Assembly: GCA_024635455.1 (NCBI GenBank)
Contig: JAGXIU010000003.1
Location: forward strand, 290,446 to 354,445
Length of the DNA: 64,000 nt
Reading direction: 5' to 3'
Origin: Candidatus Saccharimonadota bacterium
GTDB taxonomy: Bacteria; Patescibacteriota; Saccharimonadia; Saccharimonadales; SLHW01
Within the stretch, counting starts at the first letter, position 1. Each line of letters begins with the position of its first letter. Made by a program: the position numbers and the translations under genes. Positions 38,767-48,539 of the stretch are shown piece by piece. The notes beneath the pieces were generated by a model. It did no database searches and had not been told where the DNA came from. It was given only the letters and a program-made list of their open reading frames with translations.

Positions 38767-41700
38767 CTACCAGTAAAACGGCCTGCCCTGCTCGCCAGTG
38801 TCAAACCAGCGACCGTGGCGCAAAAACTGCTGTGGGCGAGGTGGCGTCGATATTTCAGGAATATATTGATAGCCATCGAGTAGAGAGCCGTCGCTTTTTA
38901 CAATACGAAAACAGTAGTTACCCCCAAGAGATGCGTCCTCTGTTAGCGAAAAGTCCCACATCGCAGACGACTCTCTCGGTACAAGGCTAAGAGTGCTAAA
39001 ATTATTACTTTCTACGTATGATTGCCTGCTTAGCACGAGACCGCCATCTGGGTCGTTAGCGCTAGGCTTAAACGACTCGCCCGTAGCAATAAGTTGACTA
39101 TCATAAAAGCTAATAAAATCGCTGGCTGGGGCTATATCGAGATATGCATAGCCAGAAAAATCGGTACTGCACGAGTCGCCAATGCGCGGAGCGTATTGAA
39201 TTTTGAAATCGCTGACTCCTAGGTCTTTAACGCTCACATTAACAAGTGCACGCAATCGTGCATTTTGGTTTTCGTCAATACTAGCTGGTTGGTTTTGTGT
39301 GGCCAAGGTAGCCCCTACCGTAGCTCCTTCCGCATTCGCACTATCCACCAAATTGCCACTGGTAAGTTTACGTTTTTGTATATTCCACTGGTAGTTTCCT
39401 GGTGCGTAGTCATAGCCAACTACCCACATGTGCGTATTATCGATGACCATACCGCGCGGATCTTCTTGGGTAGCGGACTGGGAGTACGTAACTACACCGT
39501 TTGAGCCAAACGCAGTATCAGGGGTAGCGTCGCTCTTGAGGCGTTTTTCAATCTGCCAATTGCTCGTATCGGTGTTGGTGCCAACCATATACATATAACT
39601 GCCGTCGAAGCTCAGCCCGGTCACCGTGCCGCCCCCGCTAGCAATATCCACAAGTAAAATGCCATCGCTATCAAAAACACCCTCGGGACAATCTGTCGTA
39701 TTGTCACAAAGCGCGCCATTGGTTTTGTTTTGTTTCATAATATGCCAGCTCGAGGTAGCCACATCCCCAGCCTGGCCTGCAAAGTAGACATAATCCCCAT
39801 CGACAACCAAGGTGTTGTACATAAGTGAATCGGTTCCCGATGGCGTAAAGTTGTTGCGGTAGACGCCATTGTTGGCGTATCCGGTTATGAGGTCTCCGGT
39901 TGTGGTGTCGCGTTTCTCAACACGAATAACGGCATCAAGAGCGCCATCAGCCTCGTCATACCCGCCCAAGTATAGATCACTACCGTCTACCGCAACCGCC
40001 CACATTATATCTTCTCCGCTGGAGTGGTTATCTTGTATAACCCCGTTGGTACCGAAACCTGTGACCAAGTCGCCGGTCGTTTTGTCGCGCTTCTCTGTTC
40101 GCCACTGATCGTCGCCACTGGCATTATAAAATCCCCCAATATACAAGTACTGGTCATCCATCGCCATAGATCTTGCTTCGTCATCTGCAGGACCTGGGTT
40201 GGATGTCACGAAACCACTCGCACCAAAGCCGGTCACAAGTTCGCCAGTGATTTTATCGCGTTTTTCGACTCGCCACTCAGAATCTGTAGACGGAGAAATC
40301 GAGGTAGTTTGATAGCCGGCGACATATATGTAGTTCTCGTCTACGAGTACACGATGCGGCCTATCGTTATTGGCCGTTGCGTTTGAGGTGACTCCACCAC
40401 CTGTGCCGAACTCCGTACCACAGGCTGCAGCAGTACACAGCGCTCCGTCAGTGAGTCGACGCTTTTCGATACGCCAGTCAATACCGTTAACACCCTCATA
40501 GCCAATCACGTACATATGCTGATCATCCTTTGCGATGTCGTAGGCAGCATCGTGGTTGGCAGTAAAGTTGCTTTGGATGACGCCAGCCGTACCAAACTCG
40601 ACATCACTCGGGCCATTCTCGAACCACCGGTAGTCGTCTTGGACAAGAGTTGGCGGTTCAATATTTAGCTCAGGCATAACGCTGTAGGTTGACAATTCTC
40701 CACCAGTGTCATCTACAGTTCGGAAACAAAATTTCGCTTCACCCGGAGCCCGGTTGTCGACGAGGGAGAAATCCCAGATGCCATAGTCGCCGTTGGGTAT
40801 GATAGACGAATTCGTGAAAGGGTTGCTTTCTACGTAATCCTGTAAGACGGCGGTGCCACTGCCGGGATTTGGGTCGTCTGCGGTCGCAGCTACCCCCTGG
40901 CCGTCTGTCATGTCTGGATTGTCATAAAACGCAACTGGATCTGTATTAACGCTGGTACTATCTATAAAAGATATATTGCCTCCATCTGCATGGCCAAACA
41001 CAAGGACATTATCATTCTTGGCGAACGCAACAGCAGCAATAAGCTCATTGTCAACAGCAATATTGCTATTGGGTATAAGCTTCCATTTTGTTGGATCAGG
41101 GTCAGAGCTATCAACAAGAGTTATACCATCTCCGAAACTATGTCCAATCGCCAAGATAGTTTCATCACTATTAAAAGCAACGTCATAGGCATCACCAGTA
41201 GCATAAACATTATCATTATTAATGATACTCCATTGTGAAGGATCGGGGTCAGAGCTATCAATGATTGTCACCTTATCATTATTACGATGAGCAGCTATTA
41301 GTAAACTTTCGTCATTGTTGAATATAGCCTTATAACTGGTATTCGGCAGAGATACGTTATTGTTAGTGATCTCACTCCAGTTGGCAGGATTTGGATCAGA
41401 CGAATCGACAAAAGTGATAGCATCTCCTCCGCCATGAACAAGAACAAGTGTATCGCCGTCGCTACTAAATACGGCGTCGAGACCATCAGAAGAAAAGACA
41501 ATATTATTATTTGTAATTGTTGACCAGTTGGCAGGATTTGGATCAGACGAATCGACAAAAGTTATATTGTTCCCACCGGCATGCAGTAAAACCAATACAT
41601 TGTCGTCATTGCTGAAACGAGCTCCCCACCCCACGCCAGGCAAAGAGATTCCGTTTGTGATGTTGTCCCACTGTCCAGGATCAGAACTGGAACTATCGAC

Positions 41701-44160
41701 AAATCTTACGAAGCCGCCACTGTTACCGTGCATCAAGACGAGTACACTGTCGTCGCTATTGAAAGTGCTACCGAGCACTGTTCCAGGAATCGTAATATTG
41801 CCGTTGGAAATGTTGGTCCAGTTGGCAGGATCGGGGTCGGAGGAGTTGACAAAAACGACAGAGTTCGTAACAGGAGAATGTCCAACTACAAGAGTGTTTT
41901 CATCATTCGTAAAAAGCAAGCTTGCAGTATCGCCGGGTATGTTGATGTTGCTGTTGCTAATAGTATCCCAATCAGAAGGACTGACTGACTGCGGATTAAC
42001 ATCACTGTAGACTTCACCGCCACTGAAGTCGAGTGTACAGACGGCACCAGGGCCAAGCTCGGCGTACTGAAGCTTGTAGTTACCCTCTCCGACTGGCAGG
42101 TCACCAAGGTCTGTAGACATGCTGGCTCGCAAACGGAATGGCGTGTCCTCAGCCGGCGCAGTCACGGGAGTGTCTTGGGTGGCTAAGGGGCTACCAACCA
42201 AAGCCTCACTCGAGTACATAATCTGGTCATCAATAACAGTCGCAGTTGTGATGTCATCACTGTCATAGGTGTGTACCCGTACAAAAAACGGGTCGTTAGT
42301 TTTTGTAATGTCATCAAAGGTGAAGCCAACTGTTTCGTCCACGGCAAAGGCTTGAGCAGGGTTTTTGTTAATAACTATTTCATTAGTACTCGTATTAGTC
42401 GCGTCTTTGCTAAACCCAGTTGCTCCCCCTTGAGAATCAATCGTAAAGCCTGACACGTCTAAACCAGCGGGCGGTGTACAGGTTCCGCCATCTGCTATAG
42501 GATTGTTCTCGCAGTACTCAAAACGGAAAGCTCCTACGCTACTGGCTGTAGGCATATCAAAGCTAAACTCCTGTTGGCTCTCTAAGGTAAACGATCTAAC
42601 AGGGCGGTAGTTCGCAGAGTTATCTCTTGTAGTATTGCTCGCCTGGTTGCCACTTCCAAAAAATTGAAACCAAGCGGTGGTGGCAGTTACCTGAGAGGAG
42701 CTGAAATGAGGTAACGCTACATCAAAGCTACCAAGACCTTGCAAATGTAGGTTCACGTACATCTTATTCAGCTCAGCCTTGCTTGGCAAAAACCAATCAT
42801 TAAAACTGTTTAACGTATAGTTATCACTCTCACGAGCTGCGATTCCAGCAGTAGCACATCCTGCCAATATATCCTGAGTATTCTGCCTACCTGTACCTAT
42901 GTTAACGCCATTGGCCCCGCCTATTAAAGTACCAGAACACCCCCATGGTGCGGTGCCAGTAGATGTGGGAGCAGACTCGTAATAGGTACCGTCGTCTATG
43001 TGGAAAATAAGACCGCCTGCAGGACCGGTATCACCGAGGCTGTACGCCGGTACGGCAAAAGGATTGCTATCTACGACAACCGTGTGACTGGGCTCATTGT
43101 CAAACCAGCGGTAACTACTCTGCTCTAGGTCGACAGCTGGAGTGTAGGTCAGATCGACGTAGACGCTGGCGACGCGGATTTCATCAGCGCGGTTGCTTGG
43201 GTTACCACCACCAACAACGTTCCGCGTGAGTTGAACTTGTAGGCTGTCGATGTCAGCTTGGGTCCAGGAGCCGGTGTAGGAGATGGAGAACCAAGCGTAG
43301 CTGCCTATTGGGTATATGGTGGAGGCAGTTTGTAGTGTTCCATTGATACGGGCGTTAAGGCTAAGAGTGTCGATTTCCACCGAACTTGGATTTGCGGTGA
43401 CTGAGGTGGCGAAAACCCTGATTGTTATGCTGGTAGCCTCATCGATATTGCTAGCGGTGGACATAGTAAATTCATCAGTGTAGCTTGAGTTGGCAGTATC
43501 GGTGGCGATATAGCTAGCCATGTCTGGCGTGCTCCCGTCGTCTATCTCAGTGTAGTGGGACGTGCCGGTGGTGGTTGGCCAGCCGGTGGTAACGTCGCTG
43601 TCAGGAACTAAATCAGCGTTGGCGGCCTGCACGCTGAGCGCAAAGAATGGCAGAATCGCAATAGTCAAAAGAAAGCCGCCAAGCGCTGGGAAGAAGTGTT
43701 GACGGTACCAGGCTTTAAGCGTAGCTGGGAGTGTGCGTAGGAATGAACGGAGTGTTGCGGGGAACGCACGCAATCTTGCTGGAGCTTGGGTTATTGCTGT
43801 ACGGATAGTTTGCGGAGTGTTTTTGATGGTGAGACGAGCTGACGAGAATATACTGCGCCAGGTTCGCTGTGAGTTTGGAGCCGATGTTTGCTGACTGGGT
43901 TGCGTAGGAGGCTCGAGCGGAGTTGGGCTATGGCTCAGTTCGTTCGGGGTGGTTGAGTTGGCGGTGTCATTGTCCTGAATCTCAAGATTGGGCGTAGTGT
44001 CTGCTGAGTTGTTTGGTGTGGGAGGCTCGACGCGTTGTGGTTGCTGGCGAGCGTGGGTTGGCCCCGAGCGAGGAGGCTGTATGGCATTGCGTTCTACGAC
44101 TCGCACATGAATACGGGTTTGTTCTGCTGATTGAGTTGTTGAATCTTGTTTTTTTGTCAT
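38767..44160 (-). CDS. giant secreted/surface protein 2 (1797 aa) carrying a DUF1566-like module plus DSSDPDPANW-type and delta-60-like beta-propellers
   Basis: Uninterrupted 5.4-kb ORF with the same N-terminus, anchor and C-terminal tail as gene 1. Core contains FNDWFLPSKAELNKMY (DUF1566/Lcl-C-like), 7 x (ITFVDSSDPNPANW) blades and 7 x (W.(I/V)EKR...TG.L...FG..G) blades. Confidence 0.9.
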   Translation of the reverse strand: MTKKQDSTTQSAEQTRIHVRVVERNAIQPPRSGPTHARQQPQRVEPPTPNNSADTTPNLEIQDNDTANSTTPNELSHSPTPLEPPTQPSQQTSAPNSQRTWRSIFSSARLTIKNTPQTIRTAITQAPARLRAFPATLRSFLRTLPATLKAWYRQHFFPALGGFLLTIAILPFFALSVQAANADLVPDSDVTTGWPTTTGTSHYTEIDDGSTPDMASYIATDTANSSYTDEFTMSTASNIDEATSITIRVFATSVTANPSSVEIDTLSLNARINGTLQTASTIYPIGSYAWFSISYTGSWTQADIDSLQVQLTRNVVGGGNPSNRADEIRVASVYVDLTYTPAVDLEQSSYRWFDNEPSHTVVVDSNPFAVPAYSLGDTGPAGGLIFHIDDGTYYESAPTSTGTAPWGCSGTLIGGANGVNIGTGRQNTQDILAGCATAGIAARESDNYTLNSFNDWFLPSKAELNKMYVNLHLQGLGSFDVALPHFSSSQVTATTAWFQFFGSGNQASNTTRDNSANYRPVRSFTLESQQEFSFDMPTASSVGAFRFEYCENNPIADGGTCTPPAGLDVSGFTIDSQGGATGFSKDATNTSTNEIVINKNPAQAFAVDETVGFTFDDITKTNDPFFVRVHTYDSDDITTATVIDDQIMYSSEALVGSPLATQDTPVTAPAEDTPFRLRASMSTDLGDLPVGEGNYKLQYAELGPGAVCTLDFSGGEVYSDVNPQSVSPSDWDTISNSNINIPGDTASLLFTNDENTLVVGHSPVTNSVVFVNSSDPDPANWTNISNGNITIPGTVLGSTFNSDDSVLVLMHGNSGGFVRFVDSSSSDPGQWDNITNGISLPGVGWGARFSNDDNVLVLLHAGGNNITFVDSSDPNPANWSTITNNNIVFSSDGLDAVFSSDGDTLVLVHGGGDAITFVDSSDPNPANWSEITNNNVSLPNTSYKAIFNNDESLLIAAHRNNDKVTIIDSSDPDPSQWSIINNDNVYATGDAYDVAFNSDETILAIGHSFGDGITLVDSSDPDPTKWKLIPNSNIAVDNELIAAVAFAKNDNVLVFGHADGGNISFIDSTSVNTDPVAFYDNPDMTDGQGVAATADDPNPGSGTAVLQDYVESNPFTNSSIIPNGDYGIWDFSLVDNRAPGEAKFCFRTVDDTGGELSTYSVMPELNIEPPTLVQDDYRWFENGPSDVEFGTAGVIQSNFTANHDAAYDIAKDDQHMYVIGYEGVNGIDWRIEKRRLTDGALCTAAACGTEFGTGGGVTSNATANNDRPHRVLVDENYIYVAGYQTTSISPSTDSEWRVEKRDKITGELVTGFGASGFVTSNPGPADDEARSMAMDDQYLYIGGFYNASGDDQWRTEKRDKTTGDLVTGFGTNGVIQDNHSSGEDIMWAVAVDGSDLYLGGYDEADGALDAVIRVEKRDTTTGDLITGYANNGVYRNNFTPSGTDSLMYNTLVVDGDYVYFAGQAGDVATSSWHIMKQNKTNGALCDNTTDCPEGVFDSDGILLVDIASGGGTVTGLSFDGSYMYMVGTNTDTSNWQIEKRLKSDATPDTAFGSNGVVTYSQSATQEDPRGMVIDNTHMWVVGYDYAPGNYQWNIQKRKLTSGNLVDSANAEGATVGATLATQNQPASIDENQNARLRALVNVSVKDLGVSDFKIQYAPRIGDSCSTDFSGYAYLDIAPASDFISFYDSQLIATGESFKPSANDPDGGLVLSRQSYVESNNFSTLSLVPRESSAMWDFSLTEDASLGGNYCFRIVKSDGSLLDGYQYIPEISTPPRPQQFLRHGRWFDTGEQGRPFYW

Positions 44161-44313
44161 AAGAAATGAAACACCACTACCCTCGCGTAGGATTTTTCGT
44201 AAGATTATCCTTACGGTTATACACTTAGTATGCCAAATGACCCCTTAAAAGACAAGCATACTAAGCAGGGTCTGTGTATATACACTAAGCTGCCACTACA
44301 AGTAGCTCTCGCT

Positions 44314-44343
44314 AAACCCGACACACTGTAGTATGTCGGGTTT
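44314..44343 (-). terminator. hairpin AAACCCGACA-N10-TGTCGGGTTT, 20 nt after the rmuC stop
   Basis: Identical to 38676-38705. Part of the duplicated upstream block of the giant genes. Confidence 0.45.
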
Positions 44344-44362
44344 AGTAGAGGTGTTAGTTGTG

Positions 44363-45421
44363 TTAATCAATCTGTTTTTGGCTAGATTGCTTGTCCGATG
44401 ATACGTCCGAGTGGCTGCTAATCTGATCAATCACCTTTGTCAGTTGCCTGCTACGTGTTCCTTCTACTTCGTGATAGGTTTTTTGCACTGTAGATAGCTG
44501 GTTGCCGAGCTTTTCAAGCGTGCCACCGAACTTCTCGTACTCCTCTTGGAATTTCGATACCAAGCCAAATATTTCTTGTAGGTTTTTCTCATAGCCAAAG
44601 TTTTTGTAGGCTTGCATGACCAAGCGCAGTACTGCGGTGAAGCCAAACGGGCCTGCCATGATGACCTTTTTCTGCGCACAGTATTCATTAATGTCCGGCA
44701 GCTTCTCGTAGATGAAGCTAAATATCATCTCGTTTGGAATAAACATGACGACAAAGTCGAGTGTTTGATCCTCGGGATTTATATAGTCTTTGGAGGTTAT
44801 TTCTTTGACTTTCTGCTTGATAGATTGGCTAAACTTGCTCAGGGCTTGTTTTTTTGCTGCCTCGCTCTCCGCCGATTGATAGGTCATCAAATCATCAAAG
44901 GGAAACTTTGCATCAATATTCAGCTTGGAGCCATCGGGTAGCTTGATAGTGAAATCCGGTCGCCCCTCGTTGGTTTGGGCTTGCTTTAAGTACGTTACAT
45001 TCTCTACAAAGCCAGCCGCGAGCAGTAAGTCTTCTGCCACTTGCTCGCCCCACTCACCACGGAGCCGATTGTTCGACAAAAGGTTTTTCAGACCTTCAGT
45101 TGATACCTGTAGCTCACCAGTAATTTTTGCGGTGTTTAGGAGCTGTTCTTTGATGGCGGAGTTTTGGTTTTTTAGCGTATCGACTTCTTTTTGGCTGTGT
45201 TCGAGCTTTTTCTCCAAGCCTTCAATGATTTCCTTCAGAAGCGTGCGGTTACTCTCCAGTATGCCCTTAACACCACCCTCAATCTCGTCTTTGCTACCTT
45301 TTCGATGGGCTTCGTTGCTCTGGCTAAGCTGCAGCGTAAACTTCTGCCCAAAAACATACAGAAACACGCCCAAGATGACTGATACAATGACTGCGATTAG
45401 TACGATTTCCCCAATATTCAT
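44363..45421 (-). CDS. rmuC: DNA recombination protein RmuC
   Basis: N-terminal TM, coiled coil, the LRGEWGEQVAEDLL motif and a C-terminal nuclease-like domain; 352 aa. Confidence 0.9.
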   Translation of the reverse strand: MNIGEIVLIAVIVSVILGVFLYVFGQKFTLQLSQSNEAHRKGSKDEIEGGVKGILESNRTLLKEIIEGLEKKLEHSQKEVDTLKNQNSAIKEQLLNTAKITGELQVSTEGLKNLLSNNRLRGEWGEQVAEDLLLAAGFVENVTYLKQAQTNEGRPDFTIKLPDGSKLNIDAKFPFDDLMTYQSAESEAAKKQALSKFSQSIKQKVKEITSKDYINPEDQTLDFVVMFIPNEMIFSFIYEKLPDINEYCAQKKVIMAGPFGFTAVLRLVMQAYKNFGYEKNLQEIFGLVSKFQEEYEKFGGTLEKLGNQLSTVQKTYHEVEGTRSRQLTKVIDQISSHSDVSSDKQSSQKQID

Positions 45422-45488
45422 ATGCTTATTCTAGCATGAGAGCATATATCACTTATGCACCGATTTTCCAATAGTATGCCCGACTTTA

Positions 45489-46301
45489 CTACTCTGTATG
45501 AATCTCCTCAACCGTCTCAACGCCATGATCATCATGCGGCACAAGATCATGTGCAAGTGTTATCGCTCCAGCCACAACAATGACGCCGGCGAATAAAAGT
45601 AGAGCGCTCAGATCAAATATTTTCTGTTTGGTCTTATGTGGTAGTAGGGTCGGGATAATGTCACTCATAGCAATGTAGAGTAGAAAGCCAGCGCTAACAC
45701 CCAGCAGTATACCGAGTGGTAGCTGCTCACTTGAACCCACCAGATAGGTCGTGACCGCCGTCACAACAGTTGCGAGTGCGGTCAGCATATTGACCCATAC
45801 TACTTTTATGCGTGACATACCCTTTGACAATAAAAGACCAAAGTCACCAATCTCTTGTGGTATCTCATGTGATACAACTGCCAATGTCGTGGCGATGCCT
45901 GTCGGGACACTGACTAAAAAGCCAGCAGCAATAACGACACCGTCTACCGCGTTGTGCAATGTGTCACCGGCAATAACTAAGAACCGTTTCGGGTCTTTGT
46001 CTGCTTGAGGGTTGTGACCATGACGATGATGGTGAAAAAAGTGCAAACTACGCTCCATGACAAAAAATACCAGTATACCCAACACTGCTGACGTAAAAAC
46101 GGTATCTGCTGGTGCTACTTCTATACCTTCTGGTAGTAGGTCAAAAAACACAGCTGCCAGCAAAGCACCAGCTGCAAAAGGCGTTGCATAAACTCCAAAC
46201 TTTTGTGCCCAAGTACCCTTACTCAGCAATAATAAACCGCCGACGAGAGATAAAAGACCGCCGCCAACCGAAAAAACTATCAAATACTGTAAGGTCGACA
46301 T
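45489..46301 (-). CDS. ZIP-family metal transporter
   Basis: HEIPQEIGDF motif, a His-rich loop (HHHRHGH) and multiple TM helices. Confidence 0.85.
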   Translation of the reverse strand: MSTLQYLIVFSVGGGLLSLVGGLLLLSKGTWAQKFGVYATPFAAGALLAAVFFDLLPEGIEVAPADTVFTSAVLGILVFFVMERSLHFFHHHRHGHNPQADKDPKRFLVIAGDTLHNAVDGVVIAAGFLVSVPTGIATTLAVVSHEIPQEIGDFGLLLSKGMSRIKVVWVNMLTALATVVTAVTTYLVGSSEQLPLGILLGVSAGFLLYIAMSDIIPTLLPHKTKQKIFDLSALLLFAGVIVVAGAITLAHDLVPHDDHGVETVEEIHTE

Positions 46302-46424
46302 AAATACATTTCGCTTTCTGTTTAGTGCACCTTGCGTTACCTACAGTTTATTTCACTCGGCCGACAATAGCAATTTGGCGTAATTCTTGATAAATTCTAG
46401 ACGCTAATTCGTAGAAAACCGCTG

Positions 46425-46811
46425 TTATAACCTAACTGCAAGTATCCCGCGCCTTAGCTCCATGGTTGCATCAAAGTCTAGCTCTTCAAGTTTGCGCTCA
46501 GTCGTGCCGAGCAACGCTAAGGCTCCAATAAGTTCTTCTGGAGGTGATGACCCGTCCGCCTCGAGTGCGGCGTCGTCACGCACAAGTACAGCATCTTCAA
46601 TATAATCATCTGCTTGCATACCGGCAGAAGCAATCAACTTGCGAGCTGAGCCACGCATATCAGCAGCGGCTTGTTCTACCTCATTAGATATGTTCCCGCC
46701 TAAACTGCGTTGCAGCTGATCAACTCCCTGCTCAGAAATGCCGACCATTTGCAATACACGAAATACGTCTTTGGTTCGTTCGCGTTGTTTTTCTGTCTCT
46801 CGTGATTCCAT
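46425..46811 (-). CDS. hypothetical protein
   Basis: 128-aa acidic ORF with no recognisable motif. Confidence 0.5.
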   Translation of the reverse strand: MESRETEKQRERTKDVFRVLQMVGISEQGVDQLQRSLGGNISNEVEQAAADMRGSARKLIASAGMQADDYIEDAVLVRDDAALEADGSSPPEELIGALALLGTTERKLEELDFDATMELRRGILAVRL

Positions 46812-46929
46812 AAAGTACCATTTGCCGTATAGATTATTTCTTCTGACAAATTACTGTATCGATTGCTCGAAAGCAAGTTGTATATTGATATAAACACATA
46901 AAACGCTCCTACAGACAGCCCCTATACGT

Positions 46930-46966
46930 AAAAACTAAAAAGACCCCAGGTGAAAGACCCAGGGTC
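46930..46966 (-). terminator. rho-independent terminator of the PAP2 gene
   Basis: Minus-strand RNA reads GACCCUGGG-UCUUUCA-CCUGGGGUC followed by UUUUUAGUUUUU. The 9-bp stem has 2 G.U pairs that only work in the minus-strand sense. Confidence 0.75.
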
Positions 46967-47054
46967 GACGGAAGCCTCACACTTCCGCTTATATACTGGC
47001 ACGAATGGGACTATACGGCTATGATTTTTATCACATGTTTGACGTGACGTAATA

Positions 47055-47696
47055 CTATCGGCGGTCAGTAACGCTAACGTGACGAAACAGCATTGCCGCC
47101 ATATAACCAATTGCAACGCCACCAACTATATCTAACGGGGTGTGTACGCCAAGCACCATACGAGAAATAGCAGCTAGAAATATCAGGATAATTAGCGGCC
47201 AACGCCATGATCGTGGCGTATGATGAAGCAGTACGACGCCAAGTGCTACCGCCAAGGCAGTGTGGCCTGACGGGAAGCCTGGACCACGCACCATAACATC
47301 ACGAAACACAATATTATCGAACAGCTCATCGGGACGACCGCGGCCAAACAAATCTTTACCGACACCAGCCAATAAGTACGCCATAGTCCCCGCCATGAGA
47401 AGTCTTATCACGATGACATATCGCTTTATGAACAGATAAAGTACTGCCAATACGCCGAGCATGTAGACGCTGCCTAGCTGTGTAATCACAAAGAAGACGG
47501 GAATCAACGGATCTGGAACGCTATAGAAAAAGGCAAAGATAGCTTCCTCGATCGCAGAAACCTCTTCTGCTCTGGTTAATAAAGCGGCTACGATGAAAAC
47601 CAGTAGACCGCCAAGAACGTACCAATCACTTCGCTGAATTAATCGTCGGCGAGGGGTGCGTTGTTTGGATTTTGATTTTTTTGCCGTTTTTACCAT
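47055..47696 (-). CDS. PAP2-family phosphatase (membrane)
   Basis: PSGHTA and SRMVLGVHTPLDIVGG motifs. Confidence 0.8.
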   Translation of the reverse strand: MVKTAKKSKSKQRTPRRRLIQRSDWYVLGGLLVFIVAALLTRAEEVSAIEEAIFAFFYSVPDPLIPVFFVITQLGSVYMLGVLAVLYLFIKRYVIVIRLLMAGTMAYLLAGVGKDLFGRGRPDELFDNIVFRDVMVRGPGFPSGHTALAVALGVVLLHHTPRSWRWPLIILIFLAAISRMVLGVHTPLDIVGGVAIGYMAAMLFRHVSVTDRR

Positions 47697-47792
47697 AAGA
47701 ATATGTTGCCATTCTACCCGCTAATGCTTTTTACCGCAATTTTACAACAGTTTGCTCTAAAGTAGAGAGCGGCTATAATCTGGTGTAACGCT

Positions 47793-48539
47793 ATGAAAAA
47801 TATTTTGATTGATAATCACCTAGTGAGCTACCATGATCAGGGAAAGGGCCCAGCGCTTGTCTGTATACACGGCTGGCAGAGTGATGCTGCAAGTTTTGCT
47901 ACTCTGGCTGAGGCATTACCACACTACCGAGTTATTGCCCTTGATTTGCCAAACTTCGGCCGAAGTGATGACGCCCCAGCAATCGTCAGCCTAGACGATT
48001 ATAGTCACCTTATAGGCGCGTTTGTAACAAAACTGGGCCTGAAGCAGTACGCCCTAGCTGGGCACTCACTCGGCGGACAAATCTCTATCTACGCCGTGGC
48101 GCGCGGTATACTCATACCGAAGAAACTCGTCCTGATTGCCGCCTCCGGTGTTCGCGACCAAAAGAAAGGCCGGCGCAATCTTCTGCGACTTTTATCTAAG
48201 CCAATGAAAAAACTTGTGCCCTCGACCCTAAAGGATATATTTTATTCCCGCATCGGCTCCGATTACCGCAGCAAGTTGTCGCCAATCCACAAAGACATTA
48301 TCGCCCAAGCCCTGAACACCGATGTTCAGGCCGATGCACAGTCAGTCTCGACACCGACACTCCTCCTATACGGGTCAGCTGACGGCTCAACCCCGGCAGA
48401 GTTTGGCCAGACGCTCCATGAGGCGATCAAAGACTCCCGTCTTGAAATTATTGAAGACGGAGATCACTGGCTGCAGACCACGTCAACCGAGGCCGTCGCT
48501 ACGCATATAGATGAGTTCCTGGGCGGTTCGCGTGCTTAG
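47793..48539 (+). CDS. alpha/beta-fold hydrolase
   Basis: GHSLGG nucleophile elbow, HGW oxyanion region and a C-terminal DH. Confidence 0.8.
   Translation: MKNILIDNHLVSYHDQGKGPALVCIHGWQSDAASFATLAEALPHYRVIALDLPNFGRSDDAPAIVSLDDYSHLIGAFVTKLGLKQYALAGHSLGGQISIYAVARGILIPKKLVLIAASGVRDQKKGRRNLLRLLSKPMKKLVPSTLKDIFYSRIGSDYRSKLSPIHKDIIAQALNTDVQADAQSVSTPTLLLYGSADGSTPAEFGQTLHEAIKDSRLEIIEDGDHWLQTTSTEAVATHIDEFLGGSRA

Noticed and set aside
33254-44160. About 30 short ORFs in other frames or strands inside the two giant genes (for example 34286-34642, 37499-37933, 41528-42010)
   Set aside because: All are nested within uninterrupted 5.4-kb reading frames. Their P/T/S/G-rich low-complexity translations reflect the repeat composition of the true frame.
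33171-44160. Diversity-generating retroelement (DGR) targeting the giant proteins
   Set aside because: No reverse transcriptase ORF is in the window. I saw no template/variable repeat pair differing mainly at adenines. The shared C-terminal regions differ at all base types.
46936-46990. SRP (4.5S) RNA-like string CAGGGTCGACGGAAGCC
   Set aside because: The resemblance to the helix-8 consensus is only partial. The same bases form two minus-strand hairpins followed by a U-run, which fits an intrinsic terminator for the PAP2 gene.
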